This document shows, in pieces, positions 36,903-46,603 of a DNA stretch of 46,603 nt. The translations under genes and the position numbers were made by a program. The notes under the pieces were generated by a model. It made no database searches. It was given only the letters and a program-made list of their open reading frames with translations, and was not told where the DNA came from. Numbering within the stretch: position 1 is the stretch's first letter; every line of letters begins with the position of its first letter. Source of the stretch: an uncultured Pelagibacteraceae bacterium (GTDB lineage Bacteria > Pseudomonadota > Alphaproteobacteria > Pelagibacterales > Pelagibacteraceae); the NCBI GenBank assembly GCA_902553845.1, contig CACDMG010000001.1, positions 1-46,603 of the forward strand. The letters run 5' to 3'.

Positions 36903-37733
36903 ATGATGAATATATTTAAAAAAACTATTTTTTCGGTTTTACTTTCTTTATTAGTCATTGGGAATGTAAATGCTGACAAAATTAGAATTGGAACAGAAGG
37001 TGCTTACCCTCCATGGAATTCAAAAGATGAGTCTGGTAAATTAATCGGATTTGAAGTGGAGTTAGCATACACACTTTGCAGATATATTGGACAACAATGT
37101 ACAATTGTTGAGCAAGACTGGGATGGAATGATTCCAGCATTAATCATGAGAAAGTTTGATGCAATAATGGCAGGGATGTCAATAACTGCTGAAAGACAAA
37201 AAGCGATTAGCTTTTCTCAAGGTTATGCAGATGAAGTTGCATCTTTGGCTGTTATGAAGGGCTCTAGCCTTGAAGGTTTAGATACTCCAGCTGGAATTAA
37301 TTTAACTAAACCTAACGCAGCTGCAAAAAAAGCATTAAAAACTCTTACAGCAGCATTAGCAGGTAAAACTGTTTGTGTTCAAACTGCTACAATTCACCAA
37401 AACTTTTTAGATTCAGGTGATGTAGGAAAAGTAAATGTGAGAACTTATAAAACACAAGATGAAGTAAACCTAGATTTAGCATCGGGAAGATGTGATGCTG
37501 CATTAGCTGCTGCAGTAGCATTCAGTGATTATGCAGAAAAATCTGGTAAACCAGTTGTTTTAACTGGACCAACTTTTTCAGGTGGTGCATTTGGTAATGG
37601 AGTTGGTGTTGGTATCAGAAAAGATGATACTGAACTTTTAAAAAAGTTTAACGCAGCAATTAATAAAGCGAGAAAGAACGGAGATATTAGTAGAATAGCT
37701 ACTAAGTGGTTCGGTTTCGACGCTTCTATGTAA
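36903..37733 (+). CDS. Polar amino-acid (Arg/Orn/Lys/opine) ABC substrate-binding protein
   Basis: Signal peptide, TEGAYPPWN, DWDGMIPAL, MSITAER; SD AAGGAG suggests the second ATG (36906). Confidence 0.9.
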   Translation: MMNIFKKTIFSVLLSLLVIGNVNADKIRIGTEGAYPPWNSKDESGKLIGFEVELAYTLCRYIGQQCTIVEQDWDGMIPALIMRKFDAIMAGMSITAERQKAISFSQGYADEVASLAVMKGSSLEGLDTPAGINLTKPNAAAKKALKTLTAALAGKTVCVQTATIHQNFLDSGDVGKVNVRTYKTQDEVNLDLASGRCDAALAAAVAFSDYAEKSGKPVVLTGPTFSGGAFGNGVGVGIRKDDTELLKKFNAAINKARKNGDISRIATKWFGFDASM

Positions 37734-37747
37734 TTCAATTTTAGATT

Positions 37748-37772
37748 TGGCGACTATCATGTATAGTCGCCA
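37748..37772 (+). other. GC-rich intercistronic hairpin without U-tract (mRNA stabiliser/attenuator)
   Basis: TGGCGACTAT-CATGT-ATAGTCGCCA perfect 10-bp stem ending 6 nt before the next ATG. Confidence 0.7.
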
Positions 37773-37778
37773 GTCTGT

Positions 37779-38471
37779 ATGGAACTTCTAGCATTTGGAG
37801 ATACTGGTTGGGGTGACGAGTTATTTCGTGCTACCCTAATGACAATTGCTGTATCAATTACAGCAATGCTCATAGGTTTTAGTTTTGCTGCAATTTTTAC
37901 TCCATTAAAATTATCTAAATACAAATCATTAAATTTAATTGCAAATTTTTACACAACAATCATTAGAGGTGTTCCAGAATTATTAGTTATTTATCTTTTC
38001 TTTTTTGGAGGGAGCGGAGCAATAATGTTTGTTGCTTCGATGTTTGGTTATAATGAATATATAGAAATAAATGCATTCATTACTGGTTCTTTTGCAATTG
38101 GTATAATTTCTGGTGCTTATTCAACAGAAGTTTTTAGAGGAGCTATACAATCTATTGACAAAGGTCAATTCGAAGCTGCAAAAGTTTTAGGATTAAGTAA
38201 ATTTGCACAATTTTATAAAATTATTTTGCCACAAATGTTAAGACTTGCGATCCCAAATTTAAGCAATGTTTGGCAAATTACACTTAAAGACACTTCTTTA
38301 ATTTCAGTAACAGGTTTAGTTGAAATAATGAGACAATCTTATATTGCTGCTGGATCTACAAGAGATCCTCTGTTTTTTTATTCTTTTGCTGCAGTTTTGT
38401 ATTTGTTGTTAACTTTTTTAAGTATGAAATTAATTAATAGATTAGAAGTAAAATATAGCAGGGGATATTAA
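37779..38471 (+). CDS. Polar amino-acid ABC permease (HisQ/OccQ-like)
   Basis: RGVPELL, AY..EVFRG, GQFEAA..LG. Confidence 0.9.
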   Translation: MELLAFGDTGWGDELFRATLMTIAVSITAMLIGFSFAAIFTPLKLSKYKSLNLIANFYTTIIRGVPELLVIYLFFFGGSGAIMFVASMFGYNEYIEINAFITGSFAIGIISGAYSTEVFRGAIQSIDKGQFEAAKVLGLSKFAQFYKIILPQMLRLAIPNLSNVWQITLKDTSLISVTGLVEIMRQSYIAAGSTRDPLFFYSFAAVLYLLLTFLSMKLINRLEVKYSRGY

Positions 38472-39145
38472 TGGATTTTGAATTGATGATTAATAGTTTT
38501 CCAAAGTTATTAAATGCTGCTGCTGTAACTTTAAAACTTTTATCTGTATCTTTAATTATAGGATTATTTATTGGATTGTTATTTGCAATTTTAAGATTAA
38601 ATAAAAATGTCTTTATTAATAAATTTGCCTATGGATATTCATATATATTCAGAGGAACTCCATTATTAGTTCAAATATTTATTATCTACTTTGGCTTAGG
38701 GCAGATAGAGTCTTTAAGATCTTCTTTTCTATGGGTGATTTTAAAAGAGCCTTATTGGTGTGCAATTATTGCTTTTGCTTTAAATACTGGTGCTTATACA
38801 TCTGAAATTTTAAGATCAGCATTTCAAACAATTAAACCTGGTATAATTGAAGCTGGCCAAAGCCTAGGCATATCAAGCAAAATTATATTTTATAAAATTC
38901 AAATTCCAATTGCTATCAGACAGTCGCTACCAGCTTATGGAAATGAAATAATTTTGATGATGAAAGGAACTTCTTTAGCAAGTACTGTGACATTGATGGA
39001 TTTAACCGGTGTTGCAAAATATATAATTTCTACAACTTTTAAACCAATTGAAGTATTTATTGTTGCAGGTGGAATTTATTTATTTATGACTTTTGTAATT
39101 CACAATATAATTAAATTTTTAGAAAAAAAATATAGTTTCAATTAA
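38471..39145 (+). CDS. Polar amino-acid ABC permease (HisM/OccM-like)
   Basis: FRGTPLLVQ, AY..EI.R, LPAY.NE.I...K.TSLAS. Confidence 0.9.
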   Translation: MDFELMINSFPKLLNAAAVTLKLLSVSLIIGLFIGLLFAILRLNKNVFINKFAYGYSYIFRGTPLLVQIFIIYFGLGQIESLRSSFLWVILKEPYWCAIIAFALNTGAYTSEILRSAFQTIKPGIIEAGQSLGISSKIIFYKIQIPIAIRQSLPAYGNEIILMMKGTSLASTVTLMDLTGVAKYIISTTFKPIEVFIVAGGIYLFMTFVIHNIIKFLEKKYSFN

Positions 39146-40293
39146 AGAATAACCAAATCTAGTTTTTGTTTACCTAATCTTTCGTTTCCTTCATCAGTAA
39201 CCAAATAAGTTTCCCCTAAATTCATGGCCAAACCATTATCAGAATCCATTAATATCATGTGCATAAAGAATACATTTCCAGGTTTAATAATATAAGGATT
39301 ACCAGTATATAGCATAGGCCAATCCATCCAATTTGGAGAAAAGGTTGTACCTAAAGAGTAACCACATGCATTCATTCTAGCTTTATTAAAACCAAGATCA
39401 TCAAAAGTTTTTGCATGAACATCAAAAACTTCTCCAATTTTATTTCCTGGTTTTAATTTATTTTGGCAATTCTTCAATGCTTCAACACAAGCTTCATGCA
39501 TTTTATAATGATTTGTATCTGCTTTACCAATAGGAATAGTTCTAAACATTGCTGAATGATAATGTCTATATGTACCAGCCCACTCTACAGTTAATTGATC
39601 TTGCTTATTTAAAATTTGTTTTTCAGCTTGATAACGGCACAGAAGAGCATTTTTTCCTGAACCTATAATAAATTCATTTGCAGGATAATCTCCACCTCCC
39701 TCAAAAATAACTCTATTCATTTCAGCCAATATCTTAGACTCACTCACACCAGCTTTTGTATGTTTCCACACTTCCTCTAAAGCTTTGTCAGCAAGCTCTG
39801 CAGCTTTTTTTACATAAACAATTTCTTCTTTAGATTTTACTACTCTTAATTTAGTTATCAAATCTGATTTATCTTCAATAATACAAAAATTTTCTAAAGA
39901 CTTATTAAGTCGAAGCGCGTTACGACCAGTTAAACCGTAAGCTTCATATTCGACTCCTATTTTTTTTGCTTTAAGATTTAATTCATTCAAGATAAGTTTG
40001 AGATCGTTAGTTGGGTTTGATCCATCTTTATCAACCCAAATTCTAATATCCTCTATATTAGAGGTGTTTTGAGCTTGTCTTAAATCAGGGGCTCTTGTAA
40101 GCAATATTATGTTTCCATCTTTATCTAAGATTAATGTTTGAAAAAAAACATAACCAAAGGTGTCATAACCCGTCAACCAATACATAGACTCTTGTCTAAA
40201 CATTAGTAGAGCATCAAGATTTTGCTCTTTCATTGATTGTAAAACTTGAGTTTTTCTATTTGAAAATTCTTCTTTTGAAAAATGAAGTCCCAT
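39142..40293 (-). CDS. M24 / creatinase-fold hydrolase (Xaa-Pro peptidase or ectoine-hydrolase-like)
   Basis: YWLTGYD, LR.VKS.EEI, Y..YH....RT, GYS.G, L.PG.VF; canonical M24 metal ligands not obvious. Confidence 0.8.
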   Translation of the reverse strand: MGLHFSKEEFSNRKTQVLQSMKEQNLDALLMFRQESMYWLTGYDTFGYVFFQTLILDKDGNIILLTRAPDLRQAQNTSNIEDIRIWVDKDGSNPTNDLKLILNELNLKAKKIGVEYEAYGLTGRNALRLNKSLENFCIIEDKSDLITKLRVVKSKEEIVYVKKAAELADKALEEVWKHTKAGVSESKILAEMNRVIFEGGGDYPANEFIIGSGKNALLCRYQAEKQILNKQDQLTVEWAGTYRHYHSAMFRTIPIGKADTNHYKMHEACVEALKNCQNKLKPGNKIGEVFDVHAKTFDDLGFNKARMNACGYSLGTTFSPNWMDWPMLYTGNPYIIKPGNVFFMHMILMDSDNGLAMNLGETYLVTDEGNERLGKQKLDLVIL

Positions 40294-40301
40294 TAAATAA
40301 T

Positions 40302-40691
40302 TTAATAACTAGTGTACTCTTTTATTTCTTTGATTGAGGATCCAGTATGATTATTTATTTCTAATTTAATCTTTGCTCGGTCATCATTTAAAAAATGAAC
40401 ATCTCTTGAAAGTCTAATAAATTTCTCTCCAAAATCCTTATCTTTTTCACATTGTCTTTTATCATCTTCAATAATCCAAAGTTTTGAATTAATTTCTTTA
40501 AGAGATTGATAGAGAAAATCTAATTTTTCATCAGATTTGACATTTTTTTCTAATTGTTTTTTTAAAATAGTATGTTCCGTATTAATAAACTTTAATTTTT
40601 CAGTATCTTTTATTTTTTCTTGTTTAATCTCTAAAATTGAAATTTTATCTAAAAGTTCGCCTATTGAAACCTCTACTATAATTTTATTCAT
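40302..40691 (-). CDS. DUF6165-like protein
   Basis: S.GEL.DKI.IL.IK, N..LW.IED..R, ND.RA.IK..IN, E.K.Y. Confidence 0.8.
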   Translation of the reverse strand: MNKIIVEVSIGELLDKISILEIKQEKIKDTEKLKFINTEHTILKKQLEKNVKSDEKLDFLYQSLKEINSKLWIIEDDKRQCEKDKDFGEKFIRLSRDVHFLNDDRAKIKLEINNHTGSSIKEIKEYTSY

Positions 40692-40723
40692 AAAATTTAA
40701 TACTGTGTTATCTTGTTATAAAT

Positions 40724-41665
40724 ATGTCTAATATTTTAATTATTAAACACGGATCACTAGGAGATATAGCTCAAGCAAGTGGTGTAATTCAAGATATATC
40801 TGAAAATTTTAAAAATGATAAAATATATTTATTAACTACTAAACCTTATCTAGAGTTATTCAGGAAAAATCCTTTTATTCAAGATGTAATCTTAGATAAA
40901 AGGCTGCCTAGAATAAATCTGATATATTTATACTTTTTGATGCGAGAGCTAAAGAAATATAAATTTTTTAAAGTTTTTGATTTACAAAATTCCTCTAGAA
41001 CTAATTTTTATAAGAATATTCTTTTCCCAAAAGTGGGTAAAGAGATTTGGTCTAGCTCACTTACCACCATGCCGTCTGATAAAGATAAAGAAGAATTTAA
41101 TAAAATATCTGTTCTTGAGAGATTTGACCATCAATTAAAAGAAACAGGTTTAACTACTTCTAATACTTTAAAACCTGATTTTACTTGGGCTTCCTCTAAT
41201 ATAAATGAAATAAAGAGTTTTTATAAATTAGAAAAATATATTTTACTATTTCCTTTTTGTTCCCCTCATTTAACAATAAAAAAATGGCCTTATTTTAATA
41301 AACTCATAGAATTAATTTTAGAAAAATATGGTGAAGACTATAAAATTGTTACTGCACCAGGACCATCTGAAATAAATGATGCAAAAGATATTAATGCTAT
41401 TGCATTATTAGATAATGGAAGATCACTAGATATTTCTCAACTTACTTCACTCATCAAGGAAAGTTCTTTTGTAGTCGCAAATGATACTGGACCAGCACAT
41501 ATAGCATCACATGTAGGAGCCAATGGTATAACTTTGTTTGGAAAACATACTACTGCCTATAAAGTTAGTATTGAAAGGGAAAATTTTAAAGCCATACAAG
41601 TAAGTGATCTTCACAACTTAAGCGCTGAAAAGGTATTTGAAAGATTATCTAATTCATTAATTTAG
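40724..41665 (+). CDS. Glycosyltransferase family 9 (LPS heptosyltransferase-like)
   Basis: IK.GSLGD, DLQ, KKWP, NDTGPAHIA. Confidence 0.9.
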   Translation: MSNILIIKHGSLGDIAQASGVIQDISENFKNDKIYLLTTKPYLELFRKNPFIQDVILDKRLPRINLIYLYFLMRELKKYKFFKVFDLQNSSRTNFYKNILFPKVGKEIWSSSLTTMPSDKDKEEFNKISVLERFDHQLKETGLTTSNTLKPDFTWASSNINEIKSFYKLEKYILLFPFCSPHLTIKKWPYFNKLIELILEKYGEDYKIVTAPGPSEINDAKDINAIALLDNGRSLDISQLTSLIKESSFVVANDTGPAHIASHVGANGITLFGKHTTAYKVSIERENFKAIQVSDLHNLSAEKVFERLSNSLI

Positions 41666-42744
41666 TTAAGAATTTTTTTATATTCTTCTAATATTTTTTC
41701 CCACTGAAACTTAGAAACATATTCCTTGGCATTTTTACCAAACACATGATATTTTTTGTTTTCAATCATTGAATTTAATGATGAATAAATATCATCTAAA
41801 TTGTTTCCATCACAAATTAAACCTGTTTTATCATGACTGATTGCATCTGATGCGCCACCATCTTTTCCTCCAAGTGAAGGAATGCCGTATTGAGCAGCTT
41901 CTACATAGGCTATTCCAAAACCCTCAACAGATGTTTTGTGAATAATTGAAGGCATAACAAAAATGTCTGACGCAGCAATTAAAGAATTTTTTAAATCACT
42001 ACTTATATCTTTAAAAAACATAACTTGAGAACCCAGATCAAGTTCTTTTACTAAATCTTTAATATTTTCTTCCTCGTCACCATAACCAATACAAATATAA
42101 ACTATATCAGGGTGTATTTGTTTTAAATTTCTAAGAGCCATAATTATTTTTTCATGATTTTTTCTTTTATCAAATCTTGAAACAGTGATTAGTCTTGGTG
42201 ATTTTGTTTTAAGTAAGCTTTCAACTTTTTCTAATGATTTTTTATTTAATTCTTGAACAGGATCAACACCAGGATTAATAACAATTACTTTTTCTTTATT
42301 AACTCCATTATTAATTGCTAAATTTTTAGTATATTCAGAGTTAGCAATTACTTTTTTAACATTATTTAAAACTTTAACTACTCTTTTGTTTAAGGAACTT
42401 CCTTTTGGATGATTAATTTCTTTTCCATGGATCAAACAATATTTCTTTTTATCTGTGTTAATTAATTCCAGACTTTTCCAGTGATCAGCAATCACACCTT
42501 GTACTTTATTTTCTTTTAAAAATTCATTTACTAATTGAGCTTTTCTTATTTTTCTAAGAAACTTAATTCCACCAACTCTCTCAATTGAAAAATTTTCTTT
42601 TTTATCAAATTCTTTATGATTTTCTTGATAATCAGCAAAAACTTTAATCATAAAGTTTTTAGACAATTCTTTAGTTAGGCCCCACATTAAACTTTGCATA
42701 CCACCCAATTCTGGTGGAAAGGCTCTAGTAACTATTAAATACAT
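41662..42744 (-). CDS. Glycosyltransferase family 4
   Basis: FPP..GGMQ, HG.E, EGFGIAYVEA, TG. Confidence 0.9.
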   Translation of the reverse strand: MYLIVTRAFPPELGGMQSLMWGLTKELSKNFMIKVFADYQENHKEFDKKENFSIERVGGIKFLRKIRKAQLVNEFLKENKVQGVIADHWKSLELINTDKKKYCLIHGKEINHPKGSSLNKRVVKVLNNVKKVIANSEYTKNLAINNGVNKEKVIVINPGVDPVQELNKKSLEKVESLLKTKSPRLITVSRFDKRKNHEKIIMALRNLKQIHPDIVYICIGYGDEEENIKDLVKELDLGSQVMFFKDISSDLKNSLIAASDIFVMPSIIHKTSVEGFGIAYVEAAQYGIPSLGGKDGGASDAISHDKTGLICDGNNLDDIYSSLNSMIENKKYHVFGKNAKEYVSKFQWEKILEEYKKILN

Positions 42745-43298
42745 TAATTATTTTTCCACTTAATACTACATCCAGCACTTGGTGTTTGGTTTTCAGGTCC
42801 TTTACCAGTATCAGCGATTTGTTTCATTGCTTTAAACAAATCACTTTCACCTTCTCTTACTGGAACTAAATTTTTAAGTTCTCTTAATCGACCTCGGTAT
42901 TGAAGTTCTAGTTTTTTATTGTAACCGAAGAAATCTGGAGTACACACCGCGTCATACTTTCTAGCAATTTCCTGTGCTTCATCGACTAAATAAGGAAAAT
43001 TAAATTGATTTTTTTTTGCAAACAAGATCATATTATCAAATGAATCTTCAGGATAATTATCAGCATCATTTGCGCATATAGCTACTGAATTTACTCCTAA
43101 ATCTTTTAATTTTTTACAATCTTCAACAATATCTTTTGTTACGGCTTTTACATATGGACAATGATTACAGATAAACATTATCAATGTTCCATTTTCACCT
43201 TTTAAATCATCTAAAGAAATTATTTTATTATCAGTTGATTTAAGCTTAAAGTCATGAGCCTTTTGGCCGAAATCACATATTGGAGTTTGTATTGGCAT
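42744..43298 (-). CDS. Thioredoxin-fold (AhpC/TSA-like) protein
   Basis: FICNHCPYV, YPEDSF, AVCTPDFF, PS.GCSIKW. Confidence 0.9.
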   Translation of the reverse strand: MPIQTPICDFGQKAHDFKLKSTDNKIISLDDLKGENGTLIMFICNHCPYVKAVTKDIVEDCKKLKDLGVNSVAICANDADNYPEDSFDNMILFAKKNQFNFPYLVDEAQEIARKYDAVCTPDFFGYNKKLELQYRGRLRELKNLVPVREGESDLFKAMKQIADTGKGPENQTPSAGCSIKWKNN

Positions 43299-43318
43299 AA
43301 TGTAATAATATATAAATT

Positions 43319-43831
43319 ATGTTTTACGATTTAAAAGATAAAAAACCAAAAAACTCTGGCGAAAATTGGGTAGCTCCCAATGCAACTATAATTGGAGATG
43401 TTACTTTAGAAAAGAATTCTAGTATTTGGTTTAATGCAACCCTAAGAGGAGATATTGAAAATATTCACATTGGTGAAGGATCTAATGTGCAAGATGGAAG
43501 TGTTTTGCATACTGACCCTGGTTATCCTTTAAAGGTAGGAAAAAATGTAACAGTTGGACATATGGTTATGCTTCATGGATGTACGATAGGGGACAATAGT
43601 TTAATTGGAATAGGTGCAGTGATTCTTAACAATGCTAAGATTGGAAAAAATTGTATCATTGGTGCAAAAGCTCTAATTACTGAAAACAAAGAGATACCAG
43701 ATAACTCATTAGTAATTGGTTCACCCGGTAAGGTTGTAAGAGAAGTTACTGAAGAGGAAAAAAAAGCAGTAGCAGAAAATACAAAACATTACCAGGATAA
43801 TTGGAAAAAATACTCAAAATCGATTTTTTAG
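43319..43831 (+). CDS. Gamma carbonic anhydrase family protein
   Basis: LRGD, NVQD..VLH, VGH...LHG hexapeptide repeats. Confidence 0.92.
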   Translation: MFYDLKDKKPKNSGENWVAPNATIIGDVTLEKNSSIWFNATLRGDIENIHIGEGSNVQDGSVLHTDPGYPLKVGKNVTVGHMVMLHGCTIGDNSLIGIGAVILNNAKIGKNCIIGAKALITENKEIPDNSLVIGSPGKVVREVTEEEKKAVAENTKHYQDNWKKYSKSIF

Positions 43832-43869
43832 CTCTATCTAAAGATTCTAATTGAATGTAAACTTTAAGT

Positions 43870-44964
43870 CTGAAAAAAATATTTATAATATTCGTTGCTT
43901 TATTAATTACGAGCCCTTCTTTTGCGTTTAATGAATTCATGATTAAACAAAAAAAAAGATTCAAAAATAGTGAGTTAGTAAAGATACCATCTTATAGAGC
44001 TTTTGATTTTTATTCTATACAAGAAGGCTGGTATAAAGAATCACCAAGTGAGTTTGATGCTTTAATTATATACCCAAAAGGTGAAGGCCCTTTTCCTCTC
44101 GTAATGGTAAGTCATAGCAGTTGGGGACCTGAAGAATTTTATTCAAAATGGATGGTTTGGCATAAAAATCAGGCTAAAAAATTACAAAAAAAAGGAATTG
44201 CAACAATGTTTATTGATCATTTTACCGCAAGAGATCAATTAGGCAGTACAGCTGGCAATCAATTTACAGTAAATATTTGGTCGCAATTTATTGATCCTTT
44301 CATTGCCCTTGAATACTTATCTAAGAATCCAAAGATCGATATAAAAAAAGTTGGTATTCAAGGAGGATCAAGAGGTGGAATGGTTTCAATTTTAGCTTCA
44401 GAAAAAAGATTAAGAGATGCACTTATAAATAAAGATTTATATTTTGCTGCAGCTCAACCACTATATGCTGACTGTGAAGACGTTGGAATGTTTAGAAATC
44501 CTCAACCAATAAAAGAAACTACAACATGGATGATTTTAGGTGGATCAGATAACTATACAAGAGCAGAACCTTGTGTTGAACTTGGTAATAAAATAAAAGC
44601 AAATGGCGGAGATATACAAGTTGATGTAAAAAAAGGATGGCATCACGATTTTATTGGAAATTATGAAGTTGAAAATATGGAATATGCCCAGATTTTTTGG
44701 AAATGTCCTAAATGGTATACAGAGGATAATGGGAAAATGAGCAAATCATACATGGACTTTTTGTTAGAATATGTAGATCGTTGGGAAACAGAAGAAGATT
44801 TTTACAAAATGTCAAAAGAAGATCCGCTACGAACTTTAAAGTTTAGTTATGATGCCTATAATAACAGCGCATGTATGTTTACAGGTGCAAAAGGTGGTGG
44901 AGATAAAGGAAAACAGTTCTTTAATAAAAATATTAAATTTTGGGAAGAAAACTTACTTAATTAA
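43870..44964 (+). CDS. Secreted dienelactone-hydrolase-family alpha/beta hydrolase
   Basis: GGSRGG nucleophile elbow, G..D.YT, HH.F; in-frame upstream CTG-KKIFIIFVALLITSPSFA signal peptide (ORF track start 43939). Confidence 0.8.
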   Translation: MKKIFIIFVALLITSPSFAFNEFMIKQKKRFKNSELVKIPSYRAFDFYSIQEGWYKESPSEFDALIIYPKGEGPFPLVMVSHSSWGPEEFYSKWMVWHKNQAKKLQKKGIATMFIDHFTARDQLGSTAGNQFTVNIWSQFIDPFIALEYLSKNPKIDIKKVGIQGGSRGGMVSILASEKRLRDALINKDLYFAAAQPLYADCEDVGMFRNPQPIKETTTWMILGGSDNYTRAEPCVELGNKIKANGGDIQVDVKKGWHHDFIGNYEVENMEYAQIFWKCPKWYTEDNGKMSKSYMDFLLEYVDRWETEEDFYKMSKEDPLRTLKFSYDAYNNSACMFTGAKGGGDKGKQFFNKNIKFWEENLLN

Positions 44965-45560
44965 GGAACTAACCAAGCATTTTTATTAGTTTCTAAATCA
45001 AATTTTGCTCTTCGATGTCCTTTGGCTGCAAGGTATAGCCACTCAATAGATTTAATATTACATTTGATTACAGTAAAATTTTTGTAGCCCTCTTCACTTT
45101 GTTCCATTGTGTAATCAAAATCCTCTAATTTTGATATCATTCCAGATGTTGGATTTTCTGATGCAGTTCCCGGAGGACTATCTGTTAAATAACAACGTCT
45201 GCTAATATGTTGAGTTTTTTTCCAAGACTCCTCTGTTGTAGAATTTTGATTATTAACTTCACATTCTACTTTTACTCTTAATTGTATCTTTTCTTCTTTA
45301 TCGTAAAAAACTAGAGAGGCATTTTTATTTTTTTTGAGAATATCGACTTTTGGAGATCTTAAATCAGTATGAAATTGTAATAGATTGTTTGCTCTATCTG
45401 ATTTACGTAAAACAACAATTCTACCATCTACTTCATCTTGATGAGCACATATGAAAACAGGAATTCTAAATGGTGAACCTCTATTGGTCACTGCATCATC
45501 TAACATAGACCAATACTTATTTTGAATTTCTTCTAAGTTTTCATAGTATGCTGGCTGCAT
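44961..45560 (-). CDS. Pyridoxamine 5'-phosphate oxidase-related FMN-binding protein
   Basis: R.VVLR, FHTD.RS.K, IQLR, EWL.L...GHRRA. Confidence 0.88.
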   Translation of the reverse strand: MQPAYYENLEEIQNKYWSMLDDAVTNRGSPFRIPVFICAHQDEVDGRIVVLRKSDRANNLLQFHTDLRSPKVDILKKNKNASLVFYDKEEKIQLRVKVECEVNNQNSTTEESWKKTQHISRRCYLTDSPPGTASENPTSGMISKLEDFDYTMEQSEEGYKNFTVIKCNIKSIEWLYLAAKGHRRAKFDLETNKNAWLVP

Positions 45561-45563
45561 ACA

Positions 45564-46433
45564 TTACTTTCTAAATCTTTTAATTAAACTTGAAGTATCC
45601 CAACGATTTCCACCCAAACCTTGCACTTCTCCATAAAATTTATCAACAAGTTCTGTTACAGGTAATAATGAACCATTATTTTTAGCTTCATCCATTGCAA
45701 TTTTTAAATCTTTTCTCATCCAGTCAACTGCAAAACCAAAATCAAATTTATCATCAATCATTGTTTTATATCTGTTTTCCATTTGCCAAGATTGTGCAGC
45801 ACCTTTAGAAATTACTTCAATTACATCTTCCATATTTAATCCAGCTTTCATTCCAAAGTTAATGCCTTCAGATAATCCTTGAACAAGTCCTGCTATACAA
45901 ATTTGGTTAACCATTTTAGCTAATTGTCCAGAACCAGCTTTACCAAGTAATTTCATTTTTTTGCTGTAGCAATCAATTTTATCTTTTGCTTTATCAAAGT
46001 CTGCTTGATCTCCACCAATCATTACTGTTAGGGCACCATTTTCTGCACCGGCTTGTCCACCAGACACAGGAGCATCTAATGCACCGAATTCATTTTTCTT
46101 TGCGTGATCATAAATTTCCCTTGCAATTGTTGCTGATGCTGTTGTGTTATCAATATAGATTGCACCTTTTCTTATTGTTTTAAATGCACCATTGTCACCA
46201 AAGGTCACTTCTCTTAAATCATTATCGTTTCCAACACATGTAAAGACATACTCTGCATCTTTTGTAGCCTCAGCAGGAGTTTCTGCCATTTTACCTTTGT
46301 ATTCTTTAACCCATTTTTCTGCTTTTGATTTGGTTCTGTTAAAAACAGTTACATTGTGACCACCTTTTGATATATAACCAGCCATTGGATAGCCCATGAC
46401 ACCAAGACCTATGAAAGCAACATTACAACTCAT
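45564..46433 (-). CDS. 3-hydroxyisobutyrate / tartronate-semialdehyde reductase family dehydrogenase
   Basis: FIGLGVMG.PMA, DAPVSGG..GA..G.LT.M.GG, K.VNQ, KDL. Confidence 0.92.
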   Translation of the reverse strand: MSCNVAFIGLGVMGYPMAGYISKGGHNVTVFNRTKSKAEKWVKEYKGKMAETPAEATKDAEYVFTCVGNDNDLREVTFGDNGAFKTIRKGAIYIDNTTASATIAREIYDHAKKNEFGALDAPVSGGQAGAENGALTVMIGGDQADFDKAKDKIDCYSKKMKLLGKAGSGQLAKMVNQICIAGLVQGLSEGINFGMKAGLNMEDVIEVISKGAAQSWQMENRYKTMIDDKFDFGFAVDWMRKDLKIAMDEAKNNGSLLPVTELVDKFYGEVQGLGGNRWDTSSLIKRFRK

Positions 46434-46568
46434 AATTTTTTATGTTTAATAGTTTAAGTTTAAAATTAATTATATTTGGTTTTATTTTTACATTTTTTTC
46501 TAGCTTTGGACAGAGTTTTTTTCTTGGTTTGTTTAATTCTAGCATAAGAGAAACACTTTCAATTACTC

Positions 46569-46603
46569 ATGGACAATTTGGCTCAATTTATGCATCAGCA
46601 ACA
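46569..46603 (+). CDS. Possible start of a gene running off the window end
   Basis: ATG GAC AAT TTG... (MDNLAQFMHQQ) open to the end, divergent from the previous gene; too short to identify. Confidence 0.3.
   Translation, partial: MDNLAQFMHQQ

Noticed and set aside
1861-46183. Numerous 60-130 aa antisense or nested ORFs in the ORF track (e.g. 1988-2239, 6722-7111, 13271-13660, 25218-25565, 37529-37738)
   Set aside because: They overlap well-supported genes, lack motifs and look like shadow frames.
1-46603. CRISPR arrays, IS elements, riboswitches (SAM-V, glycine), defence systems
   Set aside because: No regular repeat-spacer pattern, transposase or recognisable aptamer seen by eye; an Rfam/Infernal scan of spacers would be needed to exclude small RNAs.

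Overview
Very AT-rich, gene-dense alphaproteobacterial DNA with tiny spacers and many stop-codon overlaps; gene content strongly suggests Pelagibacterales (SAR11), which is an inference. In order: (1) a sugar-acid catabolic remnant (ALDH, dehydratase fragment, TctA fragment, SDR, FAH-family hydrolase) with an abrupt junction at ~902 where two divergent genes have both lost their 5' ends; (2) ccdA, azoR, a gamma-butyrobetaine-hydroxylase-like dioxygenase and hisN; (3) nine tiny co-directional genes, several predicted alpha+beta-barrel and Met-rich, ending in membrane/efflux genes and preceded by a perfect palindrome; (4) cysE-cysK and a C2/C3-sulfonate cluster (hpsN, Pta-like, ComC-like, tauABC with a 641-aa TauC, omega-aminotransferase, ald); (5) a variable surface-glycan-type region around tRNA-Met (UDP-glucuronate epimerase, a double-HTH regulator divergent from two paralogous tail-anchored mini-proteins, a PLP-enzyme/cytidylyltransferase/APS-kinase-like trio, guaC, rfbBA); (6) apt and mtnP-mtnA-aldolase-speD/speE fusion plus a polar amino-acid ABC system lacking its ATPase; (7) glycosyltransferases and housekeeping genes, including a secreted hydrolase that appears to start at CTG. 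No CRISPR, rRNA, integrase or IS was seen. All calls come from reading motifs; no searches were run.
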